Shown piece by piece: positions 20,699 to 30,954 of a DNA stretch of 64,000 bases; position 1 is the stretch's first letter; each line of letters begins with the position of its first letter. The notes beneath the pieces were generated by a model, which ran no database searches, was not told the DNA's origin, and saw nothing but the letters and a program-made list of their open reading frames with translations. Location: positions 1 through 64,000 of the forward strand of contig CAWAXX010000009.1 in the NCBI GenBank assembly GCA_963786105.1, given 5' to 3'. The position numbers and the translations under genes were made by a program. The stretch is from Vulcanimicrobiota bacterium (GTDB lineage Bacteria; Vulcanimicrobiota; Vulcanimicrobiia; Vulcanimicrobiales; Vulcanimicrobiaceae).

Positions 20699-22234
20699 TC
20701 ACGCAGCGGCCCCGATGCGCTCGAGACTGCGATACTGAATGGCCTCGGCCACGTGCTTGGCGCAAATGGACGGCGCGTTGCCGAGGTCGGCGATCGTGCG
20801 CGCGACCCGCGCGATGCAGTCGAGCGCTCGCGCTGAAAACTGGCGCTTCGCACTGGCCAGGGCGAGCAGCCGCATCGCCGGCTCGTCGAGCGCGCAATGG
20901 CGGCGCATCGCGTTACCGGGAATTTCGGCGTTGCAGGTCAGCGGCGTACCGACGAAGCGATCGCTTTGACGCTCGCGCGCGGCGACGACGCGTTCTCGAA
21001 TCTGTGCCGATTTTTCGCCACCTTCGTATCGCACCATGTCGTCGAACGGGACGCGCGCGATTTCGATTTGGAGGTCGATGCGATCGAGCAGCGGTCCGGA
21101 GAGCTTGCCGACGTATTTCACTACCGCGGCGTCGTCGCATCGGCACTCAGCATTGCGCGTGCCGCGGTATCCGCACGGGCATGGATTCATCGAGGCAACC
21201 AACTGAAAGCGTGTCGGATAGGTAAACGTTCCGGCGGCGCGCGCGATACTGACCGTTCCCTCTTCGAGAGGTTGCCGCATTACCTCGATCGCGCTGCGCG
21301 AAAACTCGGGCAACTCGTCGAGAAACAGGACGCCGTGATGGGCGAGTGAGATTTCACCGGGCTTGGCCAGCGCGCCGCCGCCTACCAGCGCCGTCTGCGA
21401 AATCGTGTGATGCGGAAATCGAAACGGACGCGCGCGGACGATTCCAGCATTGCCGGTCAGAAAACCGACGACGCTGTAAATCTTTGTCACTTCGAGCGCT
21501 TCGGCGAGCGACATTGGCGGGAGGATCGATGGCAGGCGACGCGCGAGCATCGTCTTCCCGCATCCCGGTGGCCCCACGAGCAAAAGATTGTGGCCGCCGG
21601 CGGCGGCAATTTCAAGCGCCCGTCTGGCCGCCGCCTGACCGCGAACGTCCGCCAAGTCGCCGTGCGCGTCGCTGCCCGGTCCGTCGAGCGACGGCGGCGT
21701 CGTCCGCGGGCGCCACTTGATGCCGTTGCCGCCGATGACGGCAACCGCCGACGCCAGCGAGTCGATGGCGTAGAGGTCGATGCCGTCTACCAGCGCGGCC
21801 TCGTCGGCATTCTGCCTGGGAACGATCAGCTTGTGAAAGCCGGCGCGCCGCGCGCCGAGGACCATCGGCAGAATGCCGTTTACCGGCTGGAGCTTGCCGT
21901 CGAGCGCGAGTTCTCCGAGCCCGATGAACTGTTGTAGCGCGAGTCGGTCGACCTGCTCGTCGATGGCAACGAGCGCCAACGCAATCGCGAGATCGAAAGC
22001 CGGGCCGGCCTTGCGAACGTCCGCCGGCGAAAGATTCACGAGCAGACGGCCGGCCGGGTACGCAAAGCCTGAATTGAAGATGGCGGCGCGCACGCGATCG
22101 CAGGCTTCGCGCAACGCACGGTCCGGAAGCCCGATGATCGAAAACGACGGCGTCCCGGCAGAACTGTCCGCCTCGACGCGGACCACGTAGCCTTCGATGC
22201 CCAGCATCGCCGCCGAGAATGCCAGCGAAAGCAT
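20699..22234 (-). CDS. comM: YifB/ComM Mg-chelatase-like AAA+ ATPase
   Basis: GPPGCGKT, PGEISLAHHGVLFLDE, MNPCPCG, SGPLLDRID. Confidence 0.92.
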   Translation of the reverse strand: MLSLAFSAAMLGIEGYVVRVEADSSAGTPSFSIIGLPDRALREACDRVRAAIFNSGFAYPAGRLLVNLSPADVRKAGPAFDLAIALALVAIDEQVDRLALQQFIGLGELALDGKLQPVNGILPMVLGARRAGFHKLIVPRQNADEAALVDGIDLYAIDSLASAVAVIGGNGIKWRPRTTPPSLDGPGSDAHGDLADVRGQAAARRALEIAAAGGHNLLLVGPPGCGKTMLARRLPSILPPMSLAEALEVTKIYSVVGFLTGNAGIVRARPFRFPHHTISQTALVGGGALAKPGEISLAHHGVLFLDELPEFSRSAIEVMRQPLEEGTVSIARAAGTFTYPTRFQLVASMNPCPCGYRGTRNAECRCDDAAVVKYVGKLSGPLLDRIDLQIEIARVPFDDMVRYEGGEKSAQIRERVVAARERQSDRFVGTPLTCNAEIPGNAMRRHCALDEPAMRLLALASAKRQFSARALDCIARVARTIADLGNAPSICAKHVAEAIQYRSLERIGAAA

Positions 22235-22279
22235 ATCGCGTCTCCTCTGCGCACAGCGGCGTTAGTAACTAGAGGCACG

Positions 22280-22320
22280 TCCTTCGACTGCGCGCCTGCG
22301 GCGCTCCGCTCAGGATGACA
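22280..22320 (-). repeat. REP-like 41-bp repeat
   Basis: Reverse-complement copy tccttcgactgcgcgcc...cgctcaggatgaca. Confidence 0.8.
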
Positions 22321-22362
22321 CGGGCGGAGGACAGTCGGCACGCGGGCCGTAACGCGCGCGTG

Positions 22363-24144
22363 ATGCTGCTGACGAGACTCGATTGGTTCATCATCGCGCT
22401 CTCGCTCGGCGTGACGTTCATCCCCGCAATCGTGCTAGCGCGCCGCGCCGGGCGCAACATCACGGAGTTTTTCGCCGCCGGCCGGCAAGCGCCGTGGTGG
22501 CTAATCGGCATCTCGCTGGTGGCGACCACGTTTTCGACCGATACGCCGAACCTCGTAACGAACTTGGTTCGGGACGGCGGCGTTGCGGAGAACTGGGTGT
22601 GGTGGTCGTTCTTGCTGACCGGCTTAGCGACCGTGTTCTTCTACGCGCGGCTATGGCGGCGTAGCGGCGTGCTGACCGACCTCGAGTTCTACGAGTTGCG
22701 GTATTCGGGCCGCGCCGCATCGTTCGTCCGCGGCTTCAGGGCCATTTACCTCGGACTGTTTTTCAACTGCGTGATCATTGCGAGCGTGAATCTCGCGGCG
22801 GTTAAGATCGCGAGCGTGCTCTTCGGCTGGCCTCGGCTCGAGACGCTGCTCCTGCTGGCCGCCGTGCCAATCGTGTTTGCCGCAACGGCCGGTTTATGGG
22901 GCGTCATGGTTACCGACATGATCCAGTTCTGCATTACGATCACGTCGGCATTCGCCGCGGCGTACTTCGCGATTCACGCGCCGGGCGTCGGCGGTCTGCA
23001 CGGCCTGATCGCCCACTTTGGCGGACCCCAGGCCGGCCTGCTTTCGTTTCTTCCGAATTTCAAAGATTGGCCGACGGCGCTCGCGATCTTCATCATCCCG
23101 TTGACGGTACAGTGGTGGTCGGTGTGGTATCCCGGCGCGGAACCGGGTGGTGGCAGTTACGTCGCGCAGCGCATGCTGGCCGCTCGCACCGAGTCCGACG
23201 CACTGTACGGAACGCTCGCATTTCAAGCGATGCACTACGCCTTGCGCCCGTGGCCCTGGATCGTCGTAGCGCTGGCGTCGACGATCGTCTATCCGTCGCT
23301 GCACGACATTTCGTTGCGGTTTCCGTCGGTGCAAGCCGGTTTGATCGGCAACGACATCGCGTACCCGGCGATGCTGGTCTTCCTGCCGGCAGGTTTTGCG
23401 GGCTTCATGGTCGCCGGTCTCTTCGCGGCATACCGCTCGACGATCGAAACGCACCTCAACTGGGGCACGTCGTATCTCGTCCACGATTTCTATCAGCGTT
23501 TCATTCGACCGGACTCGAGCCAGCGCGAGCTGGTTTTTGCGGGGCGCCTGGTTACCGTGCTACTGATGGCTGCGGGCGTCGCATTTTCGCTTTCGCTGGA
23601 CACCGCGAAGGATGCGTTCAATTTGCTGCTCTCGATCGGCGCCGGAACGGGCTTGATCTACTTGTTGCGCTGGTTCTGGTGGCGCATCAACGCCTGGAGC
23701 GAAGTGAGCGCGATGTTTTCCTCGTTTGTGGTGTCGCTGGCGTTTTTCGCTGCCGGTAAAATGGGGCACGCGTTTGCAAGCACGACGATCTTACTCGTTA
23801 CCGTGGCAGTGACCACCATCGTGTGGCTGATCGTTACCTATGCGACGCCGCCGGTAGAGGCGCGTACCTTGGCAGCGTTTTACGATAAGGTGCGACCTGC
23901 AGGACCCGGGTGGACGACCGTCCGCAGGGCCGGAGGGCTGCCTCCGTCGCCGGATTCTCCGGCCCAAGCGCTGCTCGGTTGGGTCCTCGCTCTGGCGGCA
24001 ATCTACGGCGCGCTTTTCGCTGCCGGGGAATTCGTTTACGGCCGCCCAATCGGCGGCTCGGTATGGGGGGTGGTCTCGGTGGCGAGCATTATCGGCTTAA
24101 TCGCGCTTGGAAGGCGCCTCTTCTCCACAGATTGCACAAGATGA
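22363..24144 (+). CDS. Sodium:solute symporter family protein
   Basis: FFAAGRQAPWW, ATTFSTDTP, TDMIQF, many TM segments. Confidence 0.88.
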   Translation: MLLTRLDWFIIALSLGVTFIPAIVLARRAGRNITEFFAAGRQAPWWLIGISLVATTFSTDTPNLVTNLVRDGGVAENWVWWSFLLTGLATVFFYARLWRRSGVLTDLEFYELRYSGRAASFVRGFRAIYLGLFFNCVIIASVNLAAVKIASVLFGWPRLETLLLLAAVPIVFAATAGLWGVMVTDMIQFCITITSAFAAAYFAIHAPGVGGLHGLIAHFGGPQAGLLSFLPNFKDWPTALAIFIIPLTVQWWSVWYPGAEPGGGSYVAQRMLAARTESDALYGTLAFQAMHYALRPWPWIVVALASTIVYPSLHDISLRFPSVQAGLIGNDIAYPAMLVFLPAGFAGFMVAGLFAAYRSTIETHLNWGTSYLVHDFYQRFIRPDSSQRELVFAGRLVTVLLMAAGVAFSLSLDTAKDAFNLLLSIGAGTGLIYLLRWFWWRINAWSEVSAMFSSFVVSLAFFAAGKMGHAFASTTILLVTVAVTTIVWLIVTYATPPVEARTLAAFYDKVRPAGPGWTTVRRAGGLPPSPDSPAQALLGWVLALAAIYGALFAAGEFVYGRPIGGSVWGVVSVASIIGLIALGRRLFSTDCTR

Positions 24145-24233
24145 AGTCGCATGCTGTGGACAACGGAGGCCAGCGTTCGACGCGTGCCCAAGCACCAGTC
24201 TGGCACTCCGACCGCCCTTCGAGGAGCATAAAT

Positions 24234-25172
24234 TTGACGACTTATCTTCGGATCGCTTCAGTATTCGCGCTGTCTTTTGCGGCGGCGGCGTGTTCGCACG
24301 CCTCCTCCGGCGGCTCGGTTGCCTCGGGTGCTAAAACGATTGGCGTTTCGATTCAAAATCGCGAGGCGCAGTTCTATCAAGATATGGAAGCCGGCATGCG
24401 CGCCGAGGCCGCAAAATACGGCTATACCTTGGTGGTGGTCGACGCGAATCGCGACAACGCCAAGCAGCAGAGCCAAGTCGAGGACTTCGTCTCCAAGAAG
24501 ACCGACGCCATCGTTTTGACGCCGTACGATTCGCAAGCGATCGGCAGCGCGATCGTCGAGGCCAACAACGCCGGAATTCCGGTCTTTACGGCCGACATCG
24601 CCAACACGAGCAACGAGGGTAAAGTCGTCGCGCACATCGCGAGCGATAACGTCCAAGGTGGTTTCCAAGCCGGCAAGCTGATCTGTCAGGCGGTGGGAAA
24701 CAGCGGTGCCGTTGCGATTGTCGACGAGCCCGAAGTTACCAGCGTCCAAGATCGCGTCAAAGGTTTCAAACAAGCGCTCGCGCAGCTCTGCCCGTCGGTG
24801 ACCATCGTTGCCGACGTCGATTCCGGCGGCATGCGAACGAAAGCCAGTAGCGACACCGGCGACATCCTGCAAGCGCACAAGAACATCAAAGGCATCTTCG
24901 GCATCAACGACGACTCGGCGCTCGGCGCGGTGACCGCCGTCAAAGCTGCCGGCATGACCGGGAAGGTCGCAATCGTCGGTTACGATGCAACGCCGGAAGC
25001 GCGTGCGGCGATCGCCGCCGGTTCGATGTACGGCGACGCGATTCAGTTCCCGAAGAAGATCGGAGCGACGACGATCGACGTCATCCACGACTACTTCGCC
25101 GGCACGTCGCCTGCGCCGATCGTCAAGATCGCCGTCGGAACATACACCCAGGCCGACAGCAAAAAACCCTAG
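24234..25172 (+). CDS. Sugar ABC transporter substrate-binding lipoprotein (RbsB-like)
   Basis: SD GAGGAG + TTG, lipobox AAAC, SDNVQGG, NDDSALGA, GYDA. Confidence 0.88.
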   Translation: MTTYLRIASVFALSFAAAACSHASSGGSVASGAKTIGVSIQNREAQFYQDMEAGMRAEAAKYGYTLVVVDANRDNAKQQSQVEDFVSKKTDAIVLTPYDSQAIGSAIVEANNAGIPVFTADIANTSNEGKVVAHIASDNVQGGFQAGKLICQAVGNSGAVAIVDEPEVTSVQDRVKGFKQALAQLCPSVTIVADVDSGGMRTKASSDTGDILQAHKNIKGIFGINDDSALGAVTAVKAAGMTGKVAIVGYDATPEARAAIAAGSMYGDAIQFPKKIGATTIDVIHDYFAGTSPAPIVKIAVGTYTQADSKKP

Positions 25173-25174
25173 GA

Positions 25175-25270
25175 AACCTCTGATTTATCCCATATCTTCG
25201 TCAGCTCGGGTCTCATTTGCCACAGCAAACTTCGATCCTCGCTTCCTCGATCTGGAACAAATCGGAGGTT
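25175..25270 (+). repeat. ~96-bp palindromic dispersed element, copy 1
   Basis: Ends aacctctgattt / aaatcggaggtt; aligns with 45096-45200. Confidence 0.75.
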
Positions 25271-25288
25271 CGCAGAATTTCCACTAGC

Positions 25289-26797
25289 TTGCCAAACGAT
25301 GCGGCTCCGCTGCTCGAAATGCGGGGCATCGGAAAGACCTTCCCCGGCGTCCGCGCGCTATCGGATGTTTCGCTGACGTTGCACGCGGGCGAAGTGCTCG
25401 TCCTGGTGGGCGAAAACGGTGCCGGCAAGTCGACGCTGGTGAAGATCCTGGCCGGAGCGCAACCGGCCGACGAAGGCGAGATTTTCGTCGATGGAAGCCC
25501 GGTGCGAATCGATTCTCCGTACGCCGCCGAGCGGCTTGGAATCGGCATGATCTATCAAGAGTTCAGGCTGGTACCGCAGCTCGGCGCGCCGGAAAACATC
25601 GCGCTCGGTGCCGAACCGATGCGCGGGCCATTCATCGACGAGCGCGCGGTTCGCGAACGGGCGGCTACGGAGCTAAAGGAACTGGGGCTCGATCTGCCGC
25701 TGGACGTTCCGGTGTCGCGGATGTCGGTCGGCCAGCAACAACTCGTCGAAATCGCCAAAGCGCTGGCGCGAAACGCGCGCATCCTGGTGATGGACGAGCC
25801 GACCGCCGCGCTGAGCGGCCGCGAGATCGAGCGGCTTTTTGCAATCATCGGGCGCTTGAAAACCACCGGTGTCGGCATCATCTACATCTCGCATCGCATG
25901 GACGAGCTGCCGCGGATAGCCGATCGCGTAACGGTACTGCGCGACGGGAAGGCGGTAGAAACGCGCATCGCCGCCGAATTTCCCACCGACGAAATCATCC
26001 ACGCGATGGTCGGGAGACAAGTCGACGCGCATTACCCCGAGTTGCCGCCGGTCGCTCCCGATGCGAAGGTCGTGCTCGACGTACGCAATCTCGCGCGCAA
26101 GCCGTTGGTTCGCGACGTCACGTTTTCGGTGCGCGCCGGTGAGATCGTCGGTCTTGCCGGCTTAGTCGGCGCGGGCCGCACCGAGATCGTGCGTGCCATC
26201 GCCGGCGCCGACGTCCCCGACCGCGGTGAGATCGCCGTCGACGGCGAACGCGTGCGCGTGCGCGCGCCCGAAGACGGGATCCACGCGGGCATCGCGTTCA
26301 TCACCGAGGACCGCAAGGCGCAAGGACTGGTGTTGGGCATGACCGTTCGCGAGAACATCACGCTCGCGCATCTGGCGGAATTCGTCGCTCGCGACCGCCT
26401 GATCGATCGCCGGGGCGAGCGCGAGGCCGCCGACTCCATGATCGCCGAACTTCGAATCCGGACGCCCGGAAGCGAGCAGATCGTCCGCAATCTGTCGGGC
26501 GGGAATCAGCAGAAGGTCGTGCTCGCAAAATGGCTGCTCGGCAAGGCTCGCGTGTTTTTGTTCGACGAGCCGACGCGCGGTATCGACATCGGTGCGAAGG
26601 CCGAGATTTACAACCTGATGCTCGAACTGACCGCTCGCGGAGCGGCCATCGTCATGGTTTCGAGCGACCTCCCAGAGGTGCTCGGAATGTCGCATCGGGT
26701 TCTCGTAATCCGCGGCGGAGCGATCGTCAGCGAGTTAGCGCGGGCCGACGCAACGCCCGATCGGGTCATCGCGGTCGCCACCGGAGCGGCGGCGTGA
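25289..26797 (+). CDS. Sugar ABC transporter ATP-binding protein (RbsA-like)
   Basis: GENGAGKST, two ABC domains, LSGGNQQK. Confidence 0.92.
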   Translation: MPNDAAPLLEMRGIGKTFPGVRALSDVSLTLHAGEVLVLVGENGAGKSTLVKILAGAQPADEGEIFVDGSPVRIDSPYAAERLGIGMIYQEFRLVPQLGAPENIALGAEPMRGPFIDERAVRERAATELKELGLDLPLDVPVSRMSVGQQQLVEIAKALARNARILVMDEPTAALSGREIERLFAIIGRLKTTGVGIIYISHRMDELPRIADRVTVLRDGKAVETRIAAEFPTDEIIHAMVGRQVDAHYPELPPVAPDAKVVLDVRNLARKPLVRDVTFSVRAGEIVGLAGLVGAGRTEIVRAIAGADVPDRGEIAVDGERVRVRAPEDGIHAGIAFITEDRKAQGLVLGMTVRENITLAHLAEFVARDRLIDRRGEREAADSMIAELRIRTPGSEQIVRNLSGGNQQKVVLAKWLLGKARVFLFDEPTRGIDIGAKAEIYNLMLELTARGAAIVMVSSDLPEVLGMSHRVLVIRGGAIVSELARADATPDRVIAVATGAAA

Positions 26798-27795
26798 ACG
26801 ATCGCGAGCGGCGCGTCTACTGGCTGCGCATCGGCGGGGCGGCGCTGTTCTTGGTTGCGATGATCGTCGTGGTGAACGTCGCGTCGCACGGTTCGTTCCT
26901 CGAACCGGCAAACATCGTCCGCGTCTTGCGGCAGATTACGTACAACTGCGTGCTGGGCGTCGGCCAGACGTTCGTTATCATCACCGGGGGCATCGATCTT
27001 TCGGTCGGATCGCTGGTGGCTTTGACCGGCGTCGTTGCGGCGCTTTTTGCCAACACGCTGCACTTGAGCGGATTTCCGTTGATCGCCGCCACCCTGATCG
27101 TGGCGGTCGCGGTCGGCGGCGCTGCCGGGTGGTTCAACGCGTTGCCCGTCGTCAAACTCAATCTTCCGCCGTTCATCACCACGCTCGCCATGCTCGAAAT
27201 GGCGCTTGGGCTATCGTTCATCCTCGCGCACGGGCGGCCAGTGGCGCTGCAAAGTTCCGACTTTCAGAATACCGGCATCGGCTCGTTTCTCGGCGGCGTC
27301 ACCTCCGCGCTGCACCTCCCGAGCATTCCGATTCCCGTAATTTGGATGGTCGTCATCATCCTCGGAGCATCGGTACTGCTCACGCGCACTCGCTTTGGGC
27401 GATACGTCTTTGCGATCGGCGGTAACGAGGAAGCGGCACGGCTGGCCGGCATCAACGTCGCACGCGTCAAGACGATGGTCTACGTCATCAGCGGCGTCTG
27501 CGCGGCGATCGTCGGGTTCCTTTACATGGCACTCTTTTCGTCCGGCTCGCCCCAGACCGGAACCGGCGACGAACTGCTCGAGTCGATTGCGGCCGTCGTC
27601 GTCGGCGGCACCAGCCTCACCGGCGGACGCGGAAGCATCGTCGGCACGTTCTTCGGCGCGCTGCTCATCGGCGTGCTGTACAACGCGATGAACCTGCTCA
27701 ACGTCGACTCGTACTTACAAAAAGTCGTCCTTGGCGCCGTCATTTTGCTCGCCGTCGTGCTCGACGAACTCCGCAAACGCTACTTGTCGGCGTAG
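26794..27795 (+). CDS. Sugar ABC transporter permease (RbsC-like)
   Basis: GGIDLSVGS, FAIGGNEEAARLAGI, IAAVVVGGTSL. Confidence 0.92.
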   Translation: MNDRERRVYWLRIGGAALFLVAMIVVVNVASHGSFLEPANIVRVLRQITYNCVLGVGQTFVIITGGIDLSVGSLVALTGVVAALFANTLHLSGFPLIAATLIVAVAVGGAAGWFNALPVVKLNLPPFITTLAMLEMALGLSFILAHGRPVALQSSDFQNTGIGSFLGGVTSALHLPSIPIPVIWMVVIILGASVLLTRTRFGRYVFAIGGNEEAARLAGINVARVKTMVYVISGVCAAIVGFLYMALFSSGSPQTGTGDELLESIAAVVVGGTSLTGGRGSIVGTFFGALLIGVLYNAMNLLNVDSYLQKVVLGAVILLAVVLDELRKRYLSA

Positions 27796-27801
27796 CACGG
27801 T

Positions 27802-27819
27802 CGCTCCGCTCAGGATGAC
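27802..27819 (-). repeat. Partial REP-like repeat
   Basis: cgctccgctcaggatgac. Confidence 0.6.
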
Positions 27820-27829
27820 GTGGGGAACG

Positions 27830-28511
27830 CTAGAACGGGAAGTCGTTTTGCGTTAAGCCGATGTTGGTTTTGAGATCGGTGATGCTCTCGTCGAGAACGA
27901 TTTGCGACCCGGCGTAGAGGATTTGGCGGATCGGCCAGTGCGTTTCCTGCGAGAGGTAGAGAATCTGTTGCGAGATTCCGTCGTTGCTTGCGGGATCGGC
28001 GACTTTGAGTTCGAGCCGATCGGTCAGGACGCCGCCGATCTTGCCGCCGGGCGCTTGGCTTAGCGTCCCGGATATCGTCGCGTACCGGTGCACGACATTT
28101 TGGATCAAGCCTTCCGGAATCGTCACGCCACGCAGCGAGACCGCGCGAGAATCGTGGATGCTCACCTTAAGGTGAATGCCGGAGAGCATGCCCCCTTGAT
28201 GACCGCTGACTTGATCGCCGCCGGCCCACACGCCGCCGGATCCGCGGCCGTCTCCCGACTCGATGAGCGTCTTCGCAAAGTGCGGCTTCATGAACCATAG
28301 CTTGATAGACGCGGTCTTGGGTGGCCGACCCCTTGACTTCGTGCACGCGCTCCTTGCACGAGTAGTCGTTGGTCGCTGCGAAGGCTTGATCGAATGCGGT
28401 TATTGCGGGTGCCGTGTTGTCGGCGCGAGCCGCGGACGTGAGTCCGAACGCGGCGAACAGCGCGATCGACGCGGCTGCAACGTATGAAGAAAGGATTAAC
28501 CGATTGCGCAT
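27830..28511 (-). CDS. Secreted LolA-like/lipoprotein-sorting fold protein (frameshift ~28295)
   Basis: Signal peptide MRNRLILSS...ARA; MKPH motif; C-terminal DLKTNIGLTQNDFPF. Confidence 0.6.
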
Positions 28512-28531
28512 TGTTCCTCCGCTTTGAACTT

Positions 28532-29143
28532 TTAGCTCGCCTCTTCGCCAAGAAGAGTACCGTGTTTCCCTTCTACGCCGATCAGCACATCGCATTTTGC
28601 TTCGGCAGCAATGTCCTGAATCGTGCCCCCGAGCCGCGCGCCGCTGTACTTGCCTTCGAGATACGATCCGAGGATGATGAGATCGGCCTTCTCGCGTTTA
28701 GCAATGTCCAGCACCGCCTCTTTGGTCGAGCGTACCTTCACGGTCTCGGTATGAAGCGTAACGTTATTCGCGTTGGCAATCGTTTCGGCCGTGCCCAGCG
28801 CGTTGAGAGCGGCCCGTTCTTCGTCGGGCATTTCCGCGTCCGGCGGCAGCGTGAGCGGTACCTCGATCACGTAGACCGCCAGCAACTCCGAGCGTTCGCC
28901 GCGAGCCAGTTTCACGGCGAGGGCCATCATGTGACTCGAGTTAATTTCGGGCGAGAAAACGACCATGATGCTGCCGACCATACGCTTGAGTTCGCGCGCG
29001 GTTTCGGCGGCGAGTTTCTGTACTTGCGACTCCGGTGGATGCAGCATCCACCACAGGAGCGAGCCGATTGCCACCGCAATGCCGAAGGCGATCAGAGCGC
29101 CCGTCGTGGTGATGGTCGGTCCTGCCCCGGCCGGCAGCGTCAC
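28532..29143 (-). CDS. Universal stress protein with N-terminal TM anchor
   Basis: VYVIEVP, ADLIILGS, AKCDVLI; GTGA-coupled start. Confidence 0.82.
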   Translation of the reverse strand: MTLPAGAGPTITTTGALIAFGIAVAIGSLLWWMLHPPESQVQKLAAETARELKRMVGSIMVVFSPEINSSHMMALAVKLARGERSELLAVYVIEVPLTLPPDAEMPDEERAALNALGTAETIANANNVTLHTETVKVRSTKEAVLDIAKREKADLIILGSYLEGKYSGARLGGTIQDIAAEAKCDVLIGVEGKHGTLLGEEAS

Positions 29144-29328
29144 GGCGACGTTCCCCGCCGGACGCCGGCGATTAGGGAGAGGCGGTGCACGCCGAGCGCA
29201 ATCATGGCGATCCCGAGAATCAGCCCGGGAGCGCTTTCGATGTGAAGTCCGAGCGCGGCAACGCGCACGAGAATGACGCCGCCGCAAACGGTCATGGCGA
29301 CGGCCAGAATCGTGCGCACGACGAGCAC
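29140..29328 (-). CDS. Small 2-TM membrane protein
   Basis: 62 aa, two hydrophobic helices, tightly packed between the APC and USP genes. Confidence 0.6.
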   Translation of the reverse strand: MLVVRTILAVAMTVCGGVILVRVAALGLHIESAPGLILGIAMIALGVHRLSLIAGVRRGTSP

Positions 29329-29329
29329 G

Positions 29330-30949
29330 TTATACCTGCGCCTTCGCGCGACGTTCGTCGCTGGCTTTCACGTTGGCGACGTACTCGTCCATGAGCTCCA
29401 ATTCACCGGCGTTGCGCAGGATCTCGACTTGCGCCTTACGCCAATCGTGCGGTTGCGATCCGAACAGCGGAAAACCTCGATGGCGGCGATAGACGAAGTA
29501 GGCAAGGATGCCCAAGACCAACCACGTCGGCCCGGCGATGCGACCGATGGGGTGCGTGAAGAGGGTGAACACCAGGATGGATACGATGCCGACGAAGCCG
29601 ATGACCGCGACGATGGGGAACTCGGCGTTTTCGCCGCCCACGCGCACCGGCAGGTTGAACGGAATTTTAAACTTTCGCGGGCTCAACGGATCCTTCAGGC
29701 GCAGTGCGATCAAGGCCAAGAACACGAACGAATAACTCGTGGCCGCACCGAACGCGTACAGATCGGCCAGGAAATCGAGCCCGGTCTCGTTCCGAAAAAA
29801 ACGAGCGTACAGGGTCATCGCGCCGGGATGAAGCGACGGAAACGCCGCAAAGAGCAGCTCCAAAATGGCGATACCGCCGAACGTTACGATCGAGATTGCG
29901 GGCGTCCGGAACTTTGCGTGCACTCGCTGAAAGATCGACGGCAACAGGTTCGAGCTGCTCATGGCATACGCGATGCGCGAACTGCCGAATACGCCGGAGT
30001 TCGATGAGATCAGCAGCAGCACGGCGCCGAGGATCGGAACGTAAAAGGCGGCGATCGCGCCGAAATACGGCACCTGGCTCGCCAGCAGCGCGACCGCCTT
30101 GCCTTGATTGTCGCCGTTGTTAGGGAAGATCTGCCAAAACGCAACCGGATGGCCGGCCGCATCGGTGATGGGGTGCCAGGGCTGCATGCCCAGCGCGAGG
30201 TTGGAGTAGGCCAGCGCGAAGATCAGGATCGTGAGAATCAGGGCGATCGACGTGCGCGGAATGACCGAAGCCGGACGCTGCGTCTCCTGGGCCGCCTGCG
30301 AAATGGATTCGAGGCCGACGAAAGAGATGATCGCCAGCGACGTGCCGAGCATCAACTGATACGGCGACGGCCAGCTCATCTGCATCGTGTGCACCAGCAG
30401 ATGCGGCCGGAATGCGAAGAGAAAACCGAAACACAGAATGCACGTTTCGCTGACAACGTCGAGCGCCGATACGATGCCGTTAAAGGCCGTGCTCTCGCGA
30501 ACGCCGATGACGTTGAGACCGATCAGCCCGACGATGAGCGCCAGGGTGACGAGAAAGTGGATCCACGGATGGGTCGACCCCGTCAGCACCGGCAGCAGCT
30601 GGCTCGAGTAGTCCACGCAGGTCCAAGCGAACAGCGTAATGTCGATGGTGAAATCGAGCAGCACCGTCCAGCCGGCGATGAAGCCGAAAATATCGCCCAG
30701 ACCGCGTAAAACGAAGTACTGTCCGCCGCCGGCGACCGGATAGGTCGCCGCCAGCTCGGTGTAAGCGAGTCCGATGCACACGTAGACGATTCCGGCAAAG
30801 AGAAATGCGACGTTCGACGCGCCGGCGGCCGCCGCCAGGACGAGGCCCAAGCCCACGAAGATATCGGCACCGACGTCGGAGTAGCCCCACGAGAACGATC
30901 CCCACGGCGTAACGGAACGGCGCAGCTGCGGCTTGGAGGTCGTCGACAT
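29330..30949 (-). CDS. APC family amino acid permease
   Basis: YTELAATYPVAGG, SFVGLES, SSRIAYAMS...FRTP. Confidence 0.88.
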   Translation of the reverse strand: MSTTSKPQLRRSVTPWGSFSWGYSDVGADIFVGLGLVLAAAAGASNVAFLFAGIVYVCIGLAYTELAATYPVAGGGQYFVLRGLGDIFGFIAGWTVLLDFTIDITLFAWTCVDYSSQLLPVLTGSTHPWIHFLVTLALIVGLIGLNVIGVRESTAFNGIVSALDVVSETCILCFGFLFAFRPHLLVHTMQMSWPSPYQLMLGTSLAIISFVGLESISQAAQETQRPASVIPRTSIALILTILIFALAYSNLALGMQPWHPITDAAGHPVAFWQIFPNNGDNQGKAVALLASQVPYFGAIAAFYVPILGAVLLLISSNSGVFGSSRIAYAMSSSNLLPSIFQRVHAKFRTPAISIVTFGGIAILELLFAAFPSLHPGAMTLYARFFRNETGLDFLADLYAFGAATSYSFVFLALIALRLKDPLSPRKFKIPFNLPVRVGGENAEFPIVAVIGFVGIVSILVFTLFTHPIGRIAGPTWLVLGILAYFVYRRHRGFPLFGSQPHDWRKAQVEILRNAGELELMDEYVANVKASDERRAKAQV

Positions 30950-30954
30950 GGTTC

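Noticed and set aside
25217..25288. Palindromic element translated as an RbsA N-terminal extension
   Set aside because: Open in frame, but no SD before TTG 25217; a later start matches the family length.
11238..27819. Repeats as a CRISPR array
   Set aside because: Dispersed and inverted, with no regular spacers and no cas genes.
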